Positions 37,835 through 50,148 of a stretch of DNA of 64,000 nt are shown here, piece by piece. The stretch spans positions 83,638,001 through 83,702,000 of the forward strand of contig OX597826.1 of NCBI GenBank assembly GCA_951406725.2. The letters run 5' to 3'. Position numbers and translations under genes: made by a program. The DNA comes from Octopus vulgaris (taxonomy: Eukaryota). The notes under the pieces were generated by a model. It was not told the origin of the DNA. It saw only the letters and a list, made by a program, of their open reading frames with translations, and did no database searches. Every line of letters begins with the position of its first letter. Position 1 is the stretch's first letter.

Positions 37835-38104
37835 ACCGAGTAATGTAACATATTGTATAGATAAATTTCCTCTATTTACATAATATTGAGGTCTCTTTCT
37901 TTCTTTTGTTATCTTACCGTTTTATCAATATATATATATATATATATATACCAAATATATATGTTTTTATTATTATTTTGCAATTTACTTAATCATCAGT
38001 ATATTATTGTTATTTTATTTTTTATATTTCTATTATATGTAATTTAATTGTTCATTTTGAATTGATAAAATGTGTATTTTTCTAATTTATATATATATAT
38101 ATGT

Positions 38105-38328
38105 TATTCTTTTATTCTTTTATTCATTTCAATCATTTGACTGCGGCCCTGCTGGAGCACCGCCTTCAGTCGAACAAATCAACCCACGACTTATTCTTTG
38201 CAAGCCTAGTACTTATTCTATCAATCTCTTTTGCCGAACCGCTAAGTTACAGGGACATAAAAACACCAGGTTGTCAAGTGATGTTGGGGGGACAAACTCA
38301 GACACACAAACATATACACACAAACACG

Positions 38329-38345
<17 letters not shown>
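38105..38345 (-). mobile_element. SINE family A 3' half
   Basis: GCTGGAGCACCGCC..CAAGCCTAGTACTTATTCTATC..CCGAACCGCTAAGTTAC. Confidence 0.85.
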
Positions 38346-38361
<16 letters not shown>

Positions 38362-38367
38362 TTATAT

Positions 38368-38480
38368 ATCATCATCATCATTTAACGTCCATTTTCCATG
38401 CTGGCATAGGTTGGACGGTTTGACTGGGGTCTGGGAAGCCAGCAGGCTGCACCAGGCCCTAATCTGATCTGGCAGTGTCC
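38368..38480 (-). mobile_element. RTE-tail 3' end
   Basis: (ATC)n TTTAACGTCCATTTTCCATGCTGGCATAGGTTGGACG. Confidence 0.85.
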
Positions 38481-38546
38481 ATATATAAGATATAATTATG
38501 AATTCCCTAATTACTTTACACACAACCAAACAGACACACACACATA

Positions 38547-38763
38547 TGAGAAGGTGCTAAAAAGTTCCTGGCTTTCAGGGTCTCATGAAAAGCCTGGTTG
38601 GAGGCCCAAGCTTCTGAGTTCTTTTACAGGGCTTAGAAAAACTTAAGGACCACTGCAATAAGTGTGTGAATCTGAGAGGAGAATATGTTGAATAGAATCA
38701 TAATTAACTGATCCTCCAGTATTTTCTTGTACCCAAAGCCAAGAACTCTTCAGCACCCCCTCA
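38547..38763 (+). mobile_element. Mariner-derived MITE
   Basis: ~29-bp TIRs TGAGAAGGTGCTAAAAAGTTCCTGGCTTT / AAAGCCAAGAACTCTTCAGCACCCCCTCA, TA flanks, internal KCVNLRGEYVE*. Confidence 0.9.
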
Positions 38764-39000
38764 TATTGTATGCTACAAAACCTCCAAAACCATAAACCCT
38801 TAATTAAGTATTATCCTAGCTTGAAAAGACTATGAACATAGACAATCATACAACATTAGTATATTTGATAACACCAACATTACAACTACCACAAACCATG
38901 AACTCTGTAACTTGCCAGCCATATGAGAATGAAGGACAACTCAGAATAATGATACACAAGACATAAAAGATTCACAGACAACAAATGTATCAAAGACATA

Positions 39001-39060
39001 TTCCCTTCATCAGCTGCCCAATGGATATCATTATGGTTTTGACACCTAGGAGTACCATTC
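39001..39060 (-). ncRNA. Permuted hammerhead family copy (degenerate)
   Basis: Minus strand reads AUGGU A|CUCCUAG GUGUC AAAA CCAU ..UUGGGCAG CUGAUGA AGGG. Confidence 0.6.
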
Positions 39061-39327
39061 AGTTTGGCAATGTCAACTACATTAAAAATATATATATATC
39101 TTGGTGTGTTTTAAAGCATTAAAATGTCAGAGAATGAGATTTGGTGGCGGGGGGGGGGGCTGTTTGATTGAAAATGATGCTGTAAATGAAACTCATAAAA
39201 GATGATGTAAAATACCTGTTAGGAAATAATGGAGAGAATCACTCCCAGGAATGAAACTCTGAGTCCATCAATTACGAAACAGTGATGGTAACCCTTACAC
39301 CAGGATGACTCCGACAAACTAAATATG

Positions 39328-39662
39328 CAATGGTTGAGTGGTTAAGGAGCTTACTTTGCAGTCATGAGGTTTTGGGTTCAGTCTCAGGATACAGCACCTT
39401 GGCTAATTGTCCTCTACTATAGCCCTGAACTGACCAATGCCTTGTGAGTGAATATGGTAGAAACCCATCGTGTGTGGGTGTGTCTTTGTGTTTGTACTTC
39501 ACCTCCACTAACTGACAACTGGTGTTGGTTTGTTTACATCCTCTCAAAGGAGACCAAAAGAATAAGAACCAGGCTTAAGAGTCAGTTTGTTTGACTAAAC
39601 CCTTCGAAGTTGTGCTCCAGCATGACCACAATCCAATGACTGAAACAAGTAAAAGATAAAAA
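39328..39662 (+). mobile_element. SINE family A
   Basis: tRNA-like head, CACCTTGG core, and GTGCTCCAGCATGACCAC tail. Confidence 0.85.
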
Positions 39663-39971
39663 AAAACCATATAATACTATGTGATCAAGTGAAAAAGCAA
39701 ATAAATTTCATTCGATTCATTGAAAGTTTTGAGAAATTTTAAAATAAGTCATTTTAAGAAGCTTCACACAAACAAATGAAGCTCTGAACATCGAATCATA
39801 ATAAATCAGGCAAAAGAACCCCTAGAAAGGGAAAAAAGGGAACAGAATCAGCTATGGGATTTGAACCCACACGTCTGCAATAAAAAAAATTTGCAACCAT
39901 CTGAATAAGAAGAAGCTTTATCACTACAACAATGAGAGTGACATAAATAATAATAATAATAATAATAATAA

Positions 39972-40488
39972 ATTCCAGTACATACAGACCGAACCATCAA
40001 GGCCAATAAACCAGATATTGTTGTGAAAGACCAAAACAATAAAGTTTGCTTATTGATCAACATGAGCATCCCCTGTGATCATAATATCTCAGCGAAAGAG
40101 TTTGACAAGCTCAGAAAATATAAAGACCTACTCATTGAAATTGAGAAAATGTGGCATCTCAAAGCGGTTACAATACCAGTGATCGTAGGAGCACTAGGAA
40201 TGATCAAGAAGGGAACCGAAAATTATATGAGAATGATCCCTGGCTTACCATCCCTGCAAGAAGTGCAAAAGATTGTCTTAACTGGTACATCACACGTATT
40301 GAGAAGAGCATTGTCGATGTGAGAACTGTTGCTGCTCATGTATTTTAATTTAACTTTAAAAAAAATGAACGAACTACTGAGTTTGGTTTAATGGCCTACC
40401 AATGTATACTATGAGTTTCTTTGCCCTAGGAGTCAGGAATACACTCAGCAAGAAATGGAAGCAAATTTGAAAGAAGAAGAAAAAAAAA

Positions 40489-40490
<2 letters not shown>
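39972..40490 (+). mobile_element. R4/Dong-like RLE LINE, 5'-truncated copy 1
   Basis: TDRTIKANKPDIV..KYKDL..MW..PVIVGALG..LRRALSM*, flanked by (AAT)n. Confidence 0.9.
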
Positions 40491-40564
<74 letters not shown>

Positions 40565-40583
40565 TAATAATAATAATAATAAT

Positions 40584-41417
40584 ACTGAAACCGAAGGGTT
40601 TATCATAGCAGCTCAAGATCAATGCCTACCAACAAGAAACTACCAGGCCAACATATTAAAGAACGGCAGTAGCCCAACATGTCGTGTATGCTGACAACAA
40701 AATGAAACCATTGACCATGTTGTCTCCAAATGCAGTCTTCTAGTGCCTACAGAGTACCTCAGTAGACATGATAGAGCTGCACAATATATTCACTGGGTAA
40801 TTTGCAAAAACCTGGATTTGCCCCATGAAAAAAACTGTGCTTGAAAATGACCACATCTCACTCCTCTGGAACTTCATCATTCAAACTGACAGGAAGATAG
40901 ATGCAAATAGGCCAGACATCATATTGAAAGACTTCAGACAAAGAACATGCCTCCTCATTGATATGACTGTCCTAATCGATATAAACGTATCTGTCAAGAC
41001 CTACCAAAAACTGAGCAAATATAAAGATCTTGAAATAGAAATCAGCAAAATGTGGAAGCTGAAGACTAAAACAATACCTGTTGTCATAGGTGCCCTGGGA
41101 ATGATAGCGAAAGGGACTGATTGCTACCTAACTCAGATACCAGGAAACCCCAAAATGGCAGAAATTCAAAAGATAGTGCTCATGGGAACTGCTCATATCC
41201 TACGCAAAATACTCTCTATGTAATCCCAAGGTTTAAAACAAACTTTTTTTTTTATTTATTTATTTATTTTTTTTTTTAATTTATGTATTAGACATTCACT
41301 AGTACAACACAAAAAAAAAACCCCCAAATATATGGCACAGAACTTCCAACCTGTTGTCTCTTGAGGTCTCTGGGTGAGACTTGGAGCCAACTTGTACAGA
41401 CATAAAGCAAAAGTCAA
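40584..41417 (+). mobile_element. R4/Dong-like RLE LINE, 5'-truncated copy 2
   Basis: ETEGFIIAAQDQ, CRVC..H..C zinc knuckle, RHD, NRPDII..KYKDL. Flanked by (AAT)n. Confidence 0.92.
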
Positions 41418-41656
<239 letters not shown>

Positions 41657-42760
41657 ACTACCAAGCAAGCAAAGTGTAACTACCAAGCAAGCAAAGCGTA
41701 ACTACCAAGCAAGCAAAGCGAATAAGAGCCGGAAACCACTGCTACCAAGCAAGCAAAGCGAATAAGAGCCGGAAACCACTGCTACCAAGCAAGCAAAGCG
41801 AATCAAGCAGACTGCAAAAAAGAACGGGCAGAATCAAATTGAGAGGCGGTGGAGCCAGAAGCCCCTGCATGGACAATATATTCTACGAAGCCAAAATGCT
41901 GATGTAGACCAAGCAACAACCCATGAGTGGCTGAAGAGCTCTGGATTGAAAGCAGAGACTGAAGGTTTCATAATGGCAGCACAAGATCAAAGCTTGTTTA
42001 CCAGAAATTACCAGGCTAACATTCTCCGAAACGGTACTGACCCTAAATGCAGATTCTGTGACACATTTGACGAAACAATAGACCATCTCGTTTCGGGATG
42101 TCCTGTGCTGACACCAAACGAATACAAAAATCGCCACGATAGGGTAGGACAGTATATACATTGGAAGATATGTAAACACTACAAATCCGACACTCCTGCT
42201 AACTGGTATGAACACCATCCTCAGCCAGTTGTTGAAGGAAAAGATGTCACCATCCTCTGGGATTTTCCAGTCAACACTGACAGAACGATCAAGGCTAATC
42301 GACCAGACATAATTGTTAAAGACAGGGAAGAAAATACCTGCAGACTAATAGAAGTAAGCGTCCCCACTGATAAAAATGTATCTGTCAAGGAATTTGACAA
42401 ACTTAGTAAAGGACCTGGAAATCGAAATACAGAGGATGTGGAATCTTAAAACAAAAACTGTTCCTGTTATTGTAGGTGCCCTAGGTATGATAAAAAAGGA
42501 ATGTCAGAAACACCTAGACAATATCCCTGGAAAACCATGTCTCAAGGAAATCCAAAAGATTGTGCTAACAAGTACTGCCCACATCCTTAGAAAAACCCTA
42601 TCAATGTAAATGTTTGTGTTTGCATTACATGGAGATATTTCTCTACTTCCCCTCCCCAAGCTTTCAGCTATATTTCAACAACTCTTAACCTTCACTTGCC
42701 CTAGGGCGCTGGGTGTGCCCCGGCAGGTGATTGCATCAAACATGCAGATTAAAAGTAAAT
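41657..42760 (+). mobile_element. R4/Dong-like RLE LINE, 5'-truncated copy 3
   Basis: WSQKPLHGQY..KAETEGFIMAAQDQ..CRFC..HLVSGC..RHD..RPDII, with a frameshift near 42410. Flanked by (AAT)n. Confidence 0.93.
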
Positions 42761-42761
42761 G

Positions 42762-42929
<168 letters not shown>

Positions 42930-43187
42930 TACACAGCACACATATGCACATGTGTATATATGTGTGTGTGCATGTGTGTGTGTGTGTGTATTATGTTGAC
43001 ACGCATATATACATTCAAACATAGTGACATATATATACAGACCCAAATGTGTATGTAATAAATATACATCTGTTGATGTTTTGCATATATGTGTATGCAC
43101 ATAGCTATGTATTTCTTCCACTTTATATGCATAAATATACATAAATGTACACACACGCACACACACACACACACACGCACACACACA

Positions 43188-43223
<36 letters not shown>

Positions 43224-43579
43224 AGCTTCCACAGAACTTGAAACAGAAGGAGGGAAGCCAACTTCCACATCAGTTTCTCCCTCCCCCCCCCCGGCCATCA
43301 CCTGCTCCCAGTCTGTGATGTATTATTTCCTTTCCGTCTCCTTCTGTGAAGCATCCACTTTCCATACGCCGCCGCCACCCCACCCCCCACCCCCACCGGT
43401 ATCCTATCCTCCCACCACTCCCCTTACTTTACAAAACAACTCATTGTTATACTCCCACCCTTCCTCTCTCTCCTCCTCCATTATCAATGATATGTCATCC
43501 CAACATCTGGCTGTGACACTTCATCTCATCATCATCATCATCATCAGGTGGAGGAGGAGGGGGAGGAGGGGAGGCAGGG

Positions 43580-43822
43580 AGTTCTGCAGAATCCCTGGTG
43601 CATCAATCAAAAGGCTTAGCAGCACTTACTCTCATTCTTTATGCTCTGAGTTCAAATTCTGCCAGAGTCAACTTCACCTTCCATTTTGGTTTTTTTCTTG
43701 GTGGTGGTTGTGGTGGGGTGGGGTGTCAATAGAATTAGTACCAGTTGCATACTGGGCTTGATTAATCAACTACACCACCTCACTCAAAATTTCTGGCCTT
43801 CTGCCTTATACTAGAAAGGATT
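43580..43822 (+). mobile_element. SINE family B with ATT tail
   Basis: CTGAGTTCAAATTCTGCC..AGTACCAGTTG..GGCCTT..AGAAAGGATTATT. Confidence 0.75.
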
Positions 43823-43870
43823 ATTATTATTATTATTATTATCATTATTATTATTATTATTATTATTATT

Positions 43871-44200
43871 GAGTGAGAGAGCAGTACATGCCATCAAAGT
43901 GACACTGGGGTAAAATATATGAAGCCCAATATACCCATCATGACTACCCGTCTGATAAGGGCACACCAGGCACATGCATCACAACCACGTGTGCGCGACA
44001 TGGTGATCTCATATCAAGATAAACAGCACATGACCTTGCAGGTGGGGCCCAGTTAGAATTTTGTTCTGGTTGAGTAGCCCATCCCGCTCAAAAGGTCCCT
44101 GAATAAGGGTTGTTTAAGGATGTTGAAAGAACCACCCATGTTTCCAGAGGTGAATTATTCAAACCCCAAAGAATCCCTCTCAACACATGGCTATGATGCT
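43871..44200 (-). mobile_element. (TAA)n-associated non-coding element, truncated copy
   Basis: Near-identical to 50149-50478 and starts at the same base next to (ATT)n. Confidence 0.85.
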
Positions 44201-44555
44201 CTAGCCATGGCAGAGTTATTCTTTTCAGTCATGCTTAGTTATTTGTCTGTGGACAAGATATCTCAAGAACCGCTGAATGGATTCAGATGAAACTTTCAGG
44301 GATGTTTGGCCTTGTGACTGGCACAAACTGATTAGATTCTGGGATCGATCCAGTACCAGACAAGGATTCTAGATTATTTTTTCCAGTTTTTTACTTAATT
44401 TTTAAGAGCAATTGGGTTCATTTTTAGTATTCTCGTTTGTGAGAGCAGTTGAGTTTATTTCAGATCTTCTCATTTAAAAAATCCTCTCTGGCTAATCATT
44501 GAGAGGACATTGGTGTTGCCTTGGCTGAGGTTTGTGCTCTCCGAGTGCTCTTGTT
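44201..44555 (+). mobile_element. Helentron-associated non-autonomous element (HINE/DINE-like)
   Basis: Subterminal IR GCCATGGC / GCCTTGGC, 3' hairpin GTGCTC-TCC-GAGTGC then TT, internal GATATCTCAAGAAC..GGATT..ATGAAACTT. Confidence 0.6.
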
Positions 44556-44561
44556 ATCATT

Positions 44562-44690
44562 GTGGTGAGCTGACAGAATTGTTAGCATGCCAGACAAAAT
44601 GCTTAGTAGTGTATTGTCCATCTTTACAATTTGAATTCAAATTCCTCTGAAATCAACTTTTTCTTTTATCCTTTTGGGTGCTGGTATCTA
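44562..44690 (+). mobile_element. SINE family B 5' part
   Basis: GGTGAGCTGACAGAATTGTTAGCATGCC..GAATTCAAATTCC. Confidence 0.7.
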
Positions 44691-45986
44691 TTTAAATGTT
44701 TCATTTTATATTTTATACTCTGAGGGTATTTTCAATACTTACCAAAGATATTCTTCCATGTGTGTGTGTGTGTGTGGAAGAGAGGGCAAATATTTAGGTA
44801 GGTCTCTACCAAAATACTATTAAGAATAAATGACTGCTTTCTTGGTTCTTAAAGAATAAAAGGCAAAGATAACCAAGGAATTTCTGCATTAGGATCTGAA
44901 GACATAATCTATGAGCTAATGAAATGGATATTGGAGATAATCAGGGTTCTGTGATATCTTGGTTCAAACCCATTATCCTAAGACTGAACCCAGGACGATG
45001 TGGTTGGGAAACAGACTTGACTCAAAGCATCAATTCTAATGATGAATGGATGCTGTTAGCCAATCAGAAGTGAAACTTTTGTAATATCAGCTGTAAATGG
45101 TGGGGAGGTGAGAGATAAGAAAAACGAAAATAATGAGAAAAGGATGCCATAGCCTTTCCCTATCATTTAACTATTTCATCGTTTCTTATCATATCTGGGA
45201 AAGCTGTGTGTTTATTCTATCCGGCTGTTTTCTCTTCATACCTTCATACATACGTATGAACATATATGCATGTGTGTGTGTATATGTATGTATATGTATA
45301 TGTGTGTGTGTGTGTGTGTGAGTGTATATATATATATATATATATATCTGTGTGTGTGTGTTTATATATAATTAATTATATAGTTAGTTCAAAACACCCA
45401 TCAATTCATTTTCCCTTTGCTGTAAAATTTATTCCGATATGCTGATTATCTCGCTCATAAATTTTCCATAACTTCTGATTAGAACAAGTGGTGAGTGTTT
45501 AAAAATAACTGTCCAGGATTAAATTTAAAAAAAAAAACAAATAATAAAAACACAAGCAAATCAAGAAATCCCTTCAACCATGAACAAACAGATCACAGGT
45601 TCTAATCAGTTCAAGTTGAAAAATAAAATATTCCTGCTGAATTTCTGAGAGAAACAAAACATAAATAATACAGTCAAAGCTCTATATATACGCACTTCCC
45701 AACCATAGGGTTTCAGGTTCAATCCTGCTGCATGGCACTTTGGGCAAGCATCTTCTTCTTTAGCACAGATCCAACTAAATCTTTGTGTGCGGATTCAGTG
45801 TGTGGAGATTGTAGAACCCATTTGTGTGTGTGTGTGTGTGTGTGTGTGTATACATACATATTGATATGAAGACAGATATTCGTACATACAAATGCACACA
45901 CATGATATATAAGCGAACATATGTACACTAAGGAAGAAAGTGAGAGAGAGAGTGTGTGCGTGTGCGCGTGTGTGTGTATATACATA

Positions 45987-46022
<36 letters not shown>

Positions 46023-46045
46023 AATGCATATATATATAAATGCAT

Positions 46046-46297
46046 GTGAAGGTGCATGGTTAGAGCATTGGGCTCACAAACATGAGGTAGTGAGTCTGAT
46101 TCCTGGACCGGGTTGTGTGTTGTGTTCTTGAGCAAGACATTTTTTCTTCCCATTGCTCCAGTTCACTTAGCTGTAGAAATGAGTCGCACCGTCACAGGTG
46201 CCAAGCTGTGTCGGCCCCTTCGCCTTTCCCTTGGATAACACTGGTGGCATGGAAAGGGGAGGCTGGTATGCATGGGCGACTGCTGGTCTCCCATAAA
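46046..46297 (+). mobile_element. SINE family D-like
   Basis: tRNA-like head and GTTCTTGAGCAAGAC..TGCTCCAGTTCACTTAGCTG. Confidence 0.75.
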
Positions 46298-46506
46298 TGA
46301 AATAAAGAACAAGCAAAATCAAGAAATTCCCTCAACCATGAACAAACAGATCATGAGTTCTAATCAGTGTTGAGTTGAAGAATAAAATATTCCTTTTGGA
46401 TTTCTGAAAGAAACAAAGCATAAAGGATACCTCAGAGAATAACTTCAGGGTGCAATCCCATGGTCATTCAAATGGGGTCTTTGCCAAATGGGGTCTTTGC
46501 CCCTTT

Positions 46507-46547
<41 letters not shown>

Positions 46548-46563
46548 TATATACATACATGCA

Positions 46564-46595
<32 letters not shown>

Positions 46596-46602
46596 CATAT
46601 AC

Positions 46603-46657
<55 letters not shown>

Positions 46658-46741
46658 ATAAAAAAGTTGAGTTGTGGGGTATCGCACGAGTGGGATTATA
46701 TATGAAAAAAGGTTTGAAAATGCAATTTAAACGATGTTTAT

Positions 46742-46786
46742 TTACTTAACCGGTTTCACTCTTTGGTAAAAGATTGTCAAAAGTAA
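46742..46786 (-). ncRNA. Degenerate minimal type I hammerhead in a (TA)n-adjacent repeat (~46661-47190)
   Basis: UUACUU UUGACAA UCUUU-UACC-AAAGA GU GAAACCGGU U AAGUAA. Confidence 0.6.
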
Positions 46787-47193
46787 CATTGAATATTATG
46801 GGTTCAAAAAAAGTTTTTTACATAATTGTCACATTGAATATTATGAATTCAAAAATGTTTTTTTATACATAATTGTCACATTACATGTATAAATATAGTA
46901 TAAAAAAGTTCAATAGTGTGATGAGAATATTTGGAAAAATTGGCAGAAAAGAATAAAACAAATATATTATTGGAAATTTGGTTGCGTTAATTATTGGTTG
47001 TCGCAAATTGTCACATTACATGTATATATATACAGTCTTTGGTAGAAAGGACATGTTAAAGACATAAGGAAGTGTAATAGTTTGGTGAGAAAGCTTGTAA
47101 TATTGACAGAGAAAATTAAAATGGATATTTTAGACATCTCAGAATATTTTGAATCGAAGGCGAGAATTTGTTTTTTACAAATTCATTTACACT

Positions 47194-47329
47194 AAATGAA
47201 CTGACCAAAATAGATAGGAAAACAAGAAAAATAATGACAGGATCTAGGATGCACCATCCAAAATCTGATATAGAAAGGCTATATATACAACGTATAGAAG
47301 GTGGTAGAGGCCTTATACAGCTGGAAACT
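47194..47329 (+). mobile_element. 136-bp internal Dong-like RT fragment
   Basis: Encodes NELTKIDRK..GGRGLIQLE, identical in protein to 48963-49099(-). Confidence 0.93.
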
Positions 47330-47337
47330 GAGAAACT

Positions 47338-47377
<40 letters not shown>

Positions 47378-47550
47378 TGGGTGTGTTATAGTGAGGGTTT
47401 TACATGTAAACAGGTTTAACAAAAAAGGTAGTAATAACATTTTAACATTTTAACAATGGGTATTGTTAAACCTGTTTACACGTAAAACCCTCACTATAAC
47501 ACACCCACACATATGCACACACACACACACACACACACACTCAGTTTCTC
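47330..47550. repeat. Inverted repeat (~90-bp arms incl. (TG)/(CA), 40-nt spacer)
   Basis: 47330-47422 vs 47463-47550. Confidence 0.93.
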
Positions 47551-47653
47551 TCTCTCTCTTTTAATGTTTTATCCTGTGCTATCATTAATGTTTTTCTTAA
47601 TGTAAACCATTTGTTGTTAATAAAGATATCATCATCATCATCATCATTACTTC

Positions 47654-47703
<50 letters not shown>

Positions 47704-47746
47704 CATTATTATTATTATTATTATTATTATCATTATTATTATTATT

Positions 47747-50077
47747 CTTCAGTAGTATATTTTTTTTCGCGTTCTTTCATTTCACTACCGGGTGCAGCTC
47801 TGTGTGCCTTGAGTATGTGCTGTGATTTGTTGTGATGCTCTGATGGTTACTGTATGGAAAGTGTTCTGCGTAGGATGTGTGCAGTGCCTAGTAGTGCAAT
47901 TTTCTGTATGTTATATGTGTTTGTAAGTCCTGGTGTTTTTGTTATGTATTTCTCTGAATATTTTTTTATCATGCCTAATGCACCTATTATGATAGGAATT
48001 GTTTCTGTTTTTAGATTCCACATTCTGGTTACCTCTATTTCCAGGTCTTTGTATTTTGAAAGTTTCTCCATTTCTTTTAGAGACATGTTGTCATCTGCCG
48101 GTATTGATACATCAATTAGAAAGCATTTTTTTTCTTCATGATCTCATGATATCTGGTCTGTTAGCCTTAATTTCTCTATCTGTGTGTATCGGCATATCCC
48201 AGAGTATGGTTGCTTTCTCGTTTTCTGTGATCTTTTCAGGTGTGTGCCTATACCATCTTTTTTCTGTTGTTATTTGATAATGTTGGCATAGCTTCCAGTG
48301 TATGTAGGTCCCAACTCTGTCGTGTCTGTGAATATATTCCTTATAAGCCAGGACTGGGCAGCCAGAGGCAATATGATTTATTGTTTCTTGTCCATCTCCA
48401 CATATTCTGCAGTTACTTGTTATATTTCTTTTCATTACATGTTTTTGGTAATTTCTGGTGGAAAGGCTTTGGTCTTGTGCTGCAATTAAAAATCCTTCTG
48501 TCTCTGCTTTGAGTCCTGAGCTTTTCAACCATTGCTGGGATTTTTCTTTGTCTATTTCTTTTGCATTTAGTTTAGTCCAGTATTTACCATGAAGGGGCTT
48601 TTCTTGCCATTGTTTTATCATGGTTCATTGCTGTTCTAGTTTTAGTTTGGATTTCATTTGTTTTATAGCTTTTGTTGTTTCTCCATCTTCTTCTTCTTCT
48701 TCTTCTTCTTCTTCTTCTTCTTCTTCTTCTTCTTCTTCTTCTTCTTCTTCTTCTTCTTCTTCTTCTTCTTCTTCTTCTTCTTCTTCTTCTTCTTCTTCTT
48801 CTTCATATTTATTAGGTGGTATGATTTCTTGTTTGTATTTGTCAGCTTCCTTAAATACTGAGAACAGTTTTTTGTTTTGCTTGTGTTTTGCCGCTATTTG
48901 TATCAGTTTTCCTTCCTTCTGAAGTAGATATTTTTGCAGTCCTATGGTGGTTATTTTATAATAGTTTTCCAGCTGTATAAGGCCTCTACCACCTTCTATA
49001 CGTTGTATATATAGTCTTTCTATGTCAGATTTTGGGTGATGCATCCTAGATCCTGTCATTATTTTTCTTGTTTTCCTATCTATTTTGGTCAGTTCATTTC
49101 GTGTCCAGTTAAGGATATTGTAGCTGTAACTTATAACTGGGACAGCTAAAGTGTTGATACCTATTATCTTGTTTTTAGCATTGAGCTCTGTGTTTAGTAT
49201 TGATCTAACTCGTCTATAATATTCTTTTTTTATTTTCTCTTTCATTTGTGTGTGTTGTGTCTTATCTAGTTCATGGATTCCTAAGTACTTGTAAGTTTGG
49301 CTTTGGTCTAATTCTTTTATTTCATTGGTTTTATCTAGTGTGATGTTGTTACTCTTAACTAGTTTTCCTCTTTTCATGGTTACTTTGGCGCATTTTTCTA
49401 ATCCAAATTTCATATCTATTTCTTTGGTAAATCCATGAACTGTCTTTAATAGTGTTTCCAGCTGTTTGTCATTTGCAGCGTATAGTTTTAGGTCATCCAT
49501 ATATAAAAGGTGGCTGATCGTTTTGCCGTAACATTTATATCCGCATCCAGTTCTATTTAGCATATCAGATAGAGGTGACAGTGCCAAGCAGAAAAGGAGT
49601 GGAGAGAGCGTGTCTCCCTGGAATATTCCTCTTCTAATGGAGATGTCTTTGGTTTTCATGAGTCCCTCTTTTGTTTGGAGGTGTAGGACTGTTTGCCATT
49701 TATTCATAGAGTGCTCTATGAATTTTATGATTGTTGGTGCTACTTTGTTAATGGCTAGTGTTTCGAGGATCCATGTGTGGGGGATGCTATCAAACGCCTT
49801 TTTGTAGTCAATCCAGGCCATACTGAGGCCTTTCTTCTTTCTGTGGCTGTCTTCAGTTATGGCTTTATTAATCATTAGTTGATCTTTACAGCCATATGAG
49901 CCTTTGCGGCATCCATTCTGCTCTTCTGGGAACAGTTTGTTTTCGTCCAGGTGCTTGTTCAGCCTTTGTGATATCACTGCAGTAAATGCCTTGAACATAG
50001 TAGGGAGGCAGGTTATTGGTCTGTAGTTTTCTGGTTTTTCTGTTTCATTTGATTTGGGAATTAAGATGGTTTTCCCC
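47747..50077 (-). mobile_element. R4/Dong-like RLE LINE, 2.3-kb 5'-truncated copy in (TAA)n
   Basis: RT motifs YRPITCL, WIDYKKAFDS, GIFQGDTLSPLLF, YMDDLKL, YKYLG, followed by CCHC knuckle, RHD and RPD..D..K. Frameshifts at about 48622 and 48135. Confidence 0.96.
48625..49998 (-). pseudogene. Reverse transcriptase ORF segment (457 aa) with in-frame E39
   Basis: ORF track; (TTC)39 at 48688-48804. Confidence 0.92.
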
Positions 50078-50115
50078 TTATTATTATTACTATTATTATT
50101 ATTATTATTATCATA

Positions 50116-50148
<33 letters not shown>

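Larger units (their letters stand above)
36836..37928 (+). mobile_element. Penelope-like element, EN-only derivative, in (TA)n
   Basis: GIY-YIG ORF plus a 3' region containing a hammerhead, with (TA)n on both sides. Confidence 0.9.
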
